Shown: positions 62,401 through 64,000 of the stretch, piece by piece
How positions within the stretch are numbered: position 1 is the first letter of the stretch
Layout of the letters: every line of letters begins with the position of its first letter
NCBI GenBank assembly: GCA_050273025.1
Contig: CP158635.1
Coordinates: forward strand, 6,138,001-6,202,000
Source: Cenococcum geophilum
Lineage: Eukaryota
DNA: 64,000 nt
Reading direction: 5' to 3'
Translations under genes and position numbers: made by a program
Notes under the pieces: generated by a model
The model's input: the letters and a program-made list of their open reading frames with translations, nothing else
Told to the model about the DNA's origin: nothing
Database searches by the model: none

Positions 62401-63319
62401 AGGCGCAATTATAGAAGTTAGAGATATATATCCTCGTTGGGCTTAAAGAAATTAAGTAGTATTATAATATTTACAAGACTATACATTATAGCAAAATAGC
62501 AAGGCTTATTCCCTTTCTTATTAAGTATAGTAGTTAGACTAAAAATAAGGCTGTTAAGCGCTGTATTAAGATTAGGGCTAATATAAATAAGAGTAACTAG
62601 AGTAAGCGTAAAGATAAGACGAGAATGCCTATTAAGAAGACATTCTAGATTTATTTCGACTTAAGATACTATAAAAGCAATTAGGCGAAGCAGAGAGTTA
62701 TTAGTAGAATTTCCTATCGCTTAAATAATTAGCATTGCTGCTTAACTTAGGGCTAAGCGCTAGAGAGGAGGCGATAAATAGACCTTGAAAATTGAGTACC
62801 TAATTTTAGGCGTTAAATAAAAGACCTTTTTTGGATTAGTTGGATGCTCCCTTAGTTATTGCTTTTTTTAAGAAGCGAGGTGCATTTTTTATCATCCCGG
62901 CCCTATACGCGGCGTAGCGTAGTATAGGCACCTAGCTTGGCATTGCCTTAGGTATATAAAGCCTCACTTTACCATATCTCTAATCTTTTATTCTTTTACT
63001 ACTATCTATACTATTTATAGGTTTTCTATAGTACTAGAAAATAAAGATAAAGATAGGTAATTAAGATTAGTTCTTTTAGGATTAAGAGCCTAGGTTATAC
63101 AACTTCTTTAACTCCTTTAATAGTGGCGGCAGGTTCTTACTTTTAGAAAGATAGAAATGTACGGAATTATTACTAGTATTAGTGGCATTAAAATTGTAGT
63201 AGAGTCTGGCTAGTACAAAATCTAGCTATTAGAGCTTTTAGAGATATTTTATAGCCTTCCTAATTATTGATTATATAAGGTAATATTATATAGCTACGGT
63301 TCGTAGATAGTATAATAAT

Positions 63320-64000
63320 TGTTATTCTATATATCTTAATAAGGGAGGGCGAGGAGCTTAAGGCTCCTCGCTACGCTAATGCCGCGGCGATACGTAACGG
63401 CAATTTGCTGTATATAACGGCAACTTGCTATACGTAACGGCAATATACCTTATATAGTAAGCGCTTGCCTTTATTCCTAATACTAGTAACTCTTTTTTTG
63501 TAGTTGCTATCTATATATATATACTGCTTAATTAGCAGAATAAATATTAATCCTTTTTACTTACTATTGCCATTATAATATAAGTCTCGCTGTCCCAAAA
63601 TTTGCCTTTTACTACGTGGTGCTTTCTTGCTTATAAGTTATAGGTAGGTATTTTATTAGTAGGGCCGCTAAGGCGCTAGCGGTAAGTAAGCTAATAGCGA
63701 TTTTTTATCCTAGGGATAGAAAATCGTAATTAGCTAGTTTAAGTTAGGGTTTATAGAATATTATACTCCTACTCCCTTTTAACCTAACCTTTAACTTATA
63801 CTCGTAGAGTATTTATATTAATAAACGTCTCTAGTGCCTTATTTGGGTTCGCCTTTATTATTACATTTACTAGGTTATTTTAGCTATTAATTTATTAAAT
63901 CTTAAAGAGTTTTTAACGCTTATAGGATTACTAAAGTGCCATAATATTAATTATAAGGCGCTTTTCCTTTGTGGTACTAAGCTTAATTAAATACTTATAG
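63320..64000 (-). mobile_element. 3' end of a Copia related to 27874-33927, runs off the window
   Basis: 63770-64000 aligns with 28432-28665 (RNase H end). 63338-63766 aligns with ~27955-28319, with extra (TACGTAACGGCAA)-like repeats and a different terminus. Confidence 0.88.

Overview
This window is filamentous ascomycete (Pezizomycotina) DNA. About 80% is transposon sequence degraded by repeat-induced point mutation (RIP: CpA/TpG depleted, TpA rich, ORFs full of TAA/TAG), so most ORF-track entries outside 43-52 kb are spurious. Positions 1-41.5 kb are a nested TE stack whose ends are often fixed by target-site duplications (TSDs). It holds two copies of one chromovirus-type Gypsy, two copies of a Tad1-like LINE, a second Gypsy fragment, a Helitron, two pogo/Fot1 transposons, a GalEa-type Copia and MITEs. 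Positions 41.6-52.7 kb are a GC-normal island: an intact 6-exon laccase, a RIP-inactivated head-to-head pair (chromate transporter and bZIP-like regulator) and gene fragments. Positions 52.7-64 kb hold a Copia with a nested gag-only element, a RIP-damaged host-like gene and another Copia end. The top finding is a 1018-bp non-coding retroposon (16016-17033, minus strand). Its first nucleotide is G1 of a complete HDV-like ribozyme fold with a non-canonical P1.1, and its 3' end is homologous to the 3' end of the LINE it sits in. Also notable are an antisense, intron-containing Zn2Cys6-like gene inside the Gypsy and a gag-only element with Gln/Pro repeats. All alignments, folds and de-RIP reconstructions were done by eye; no database searches were run.
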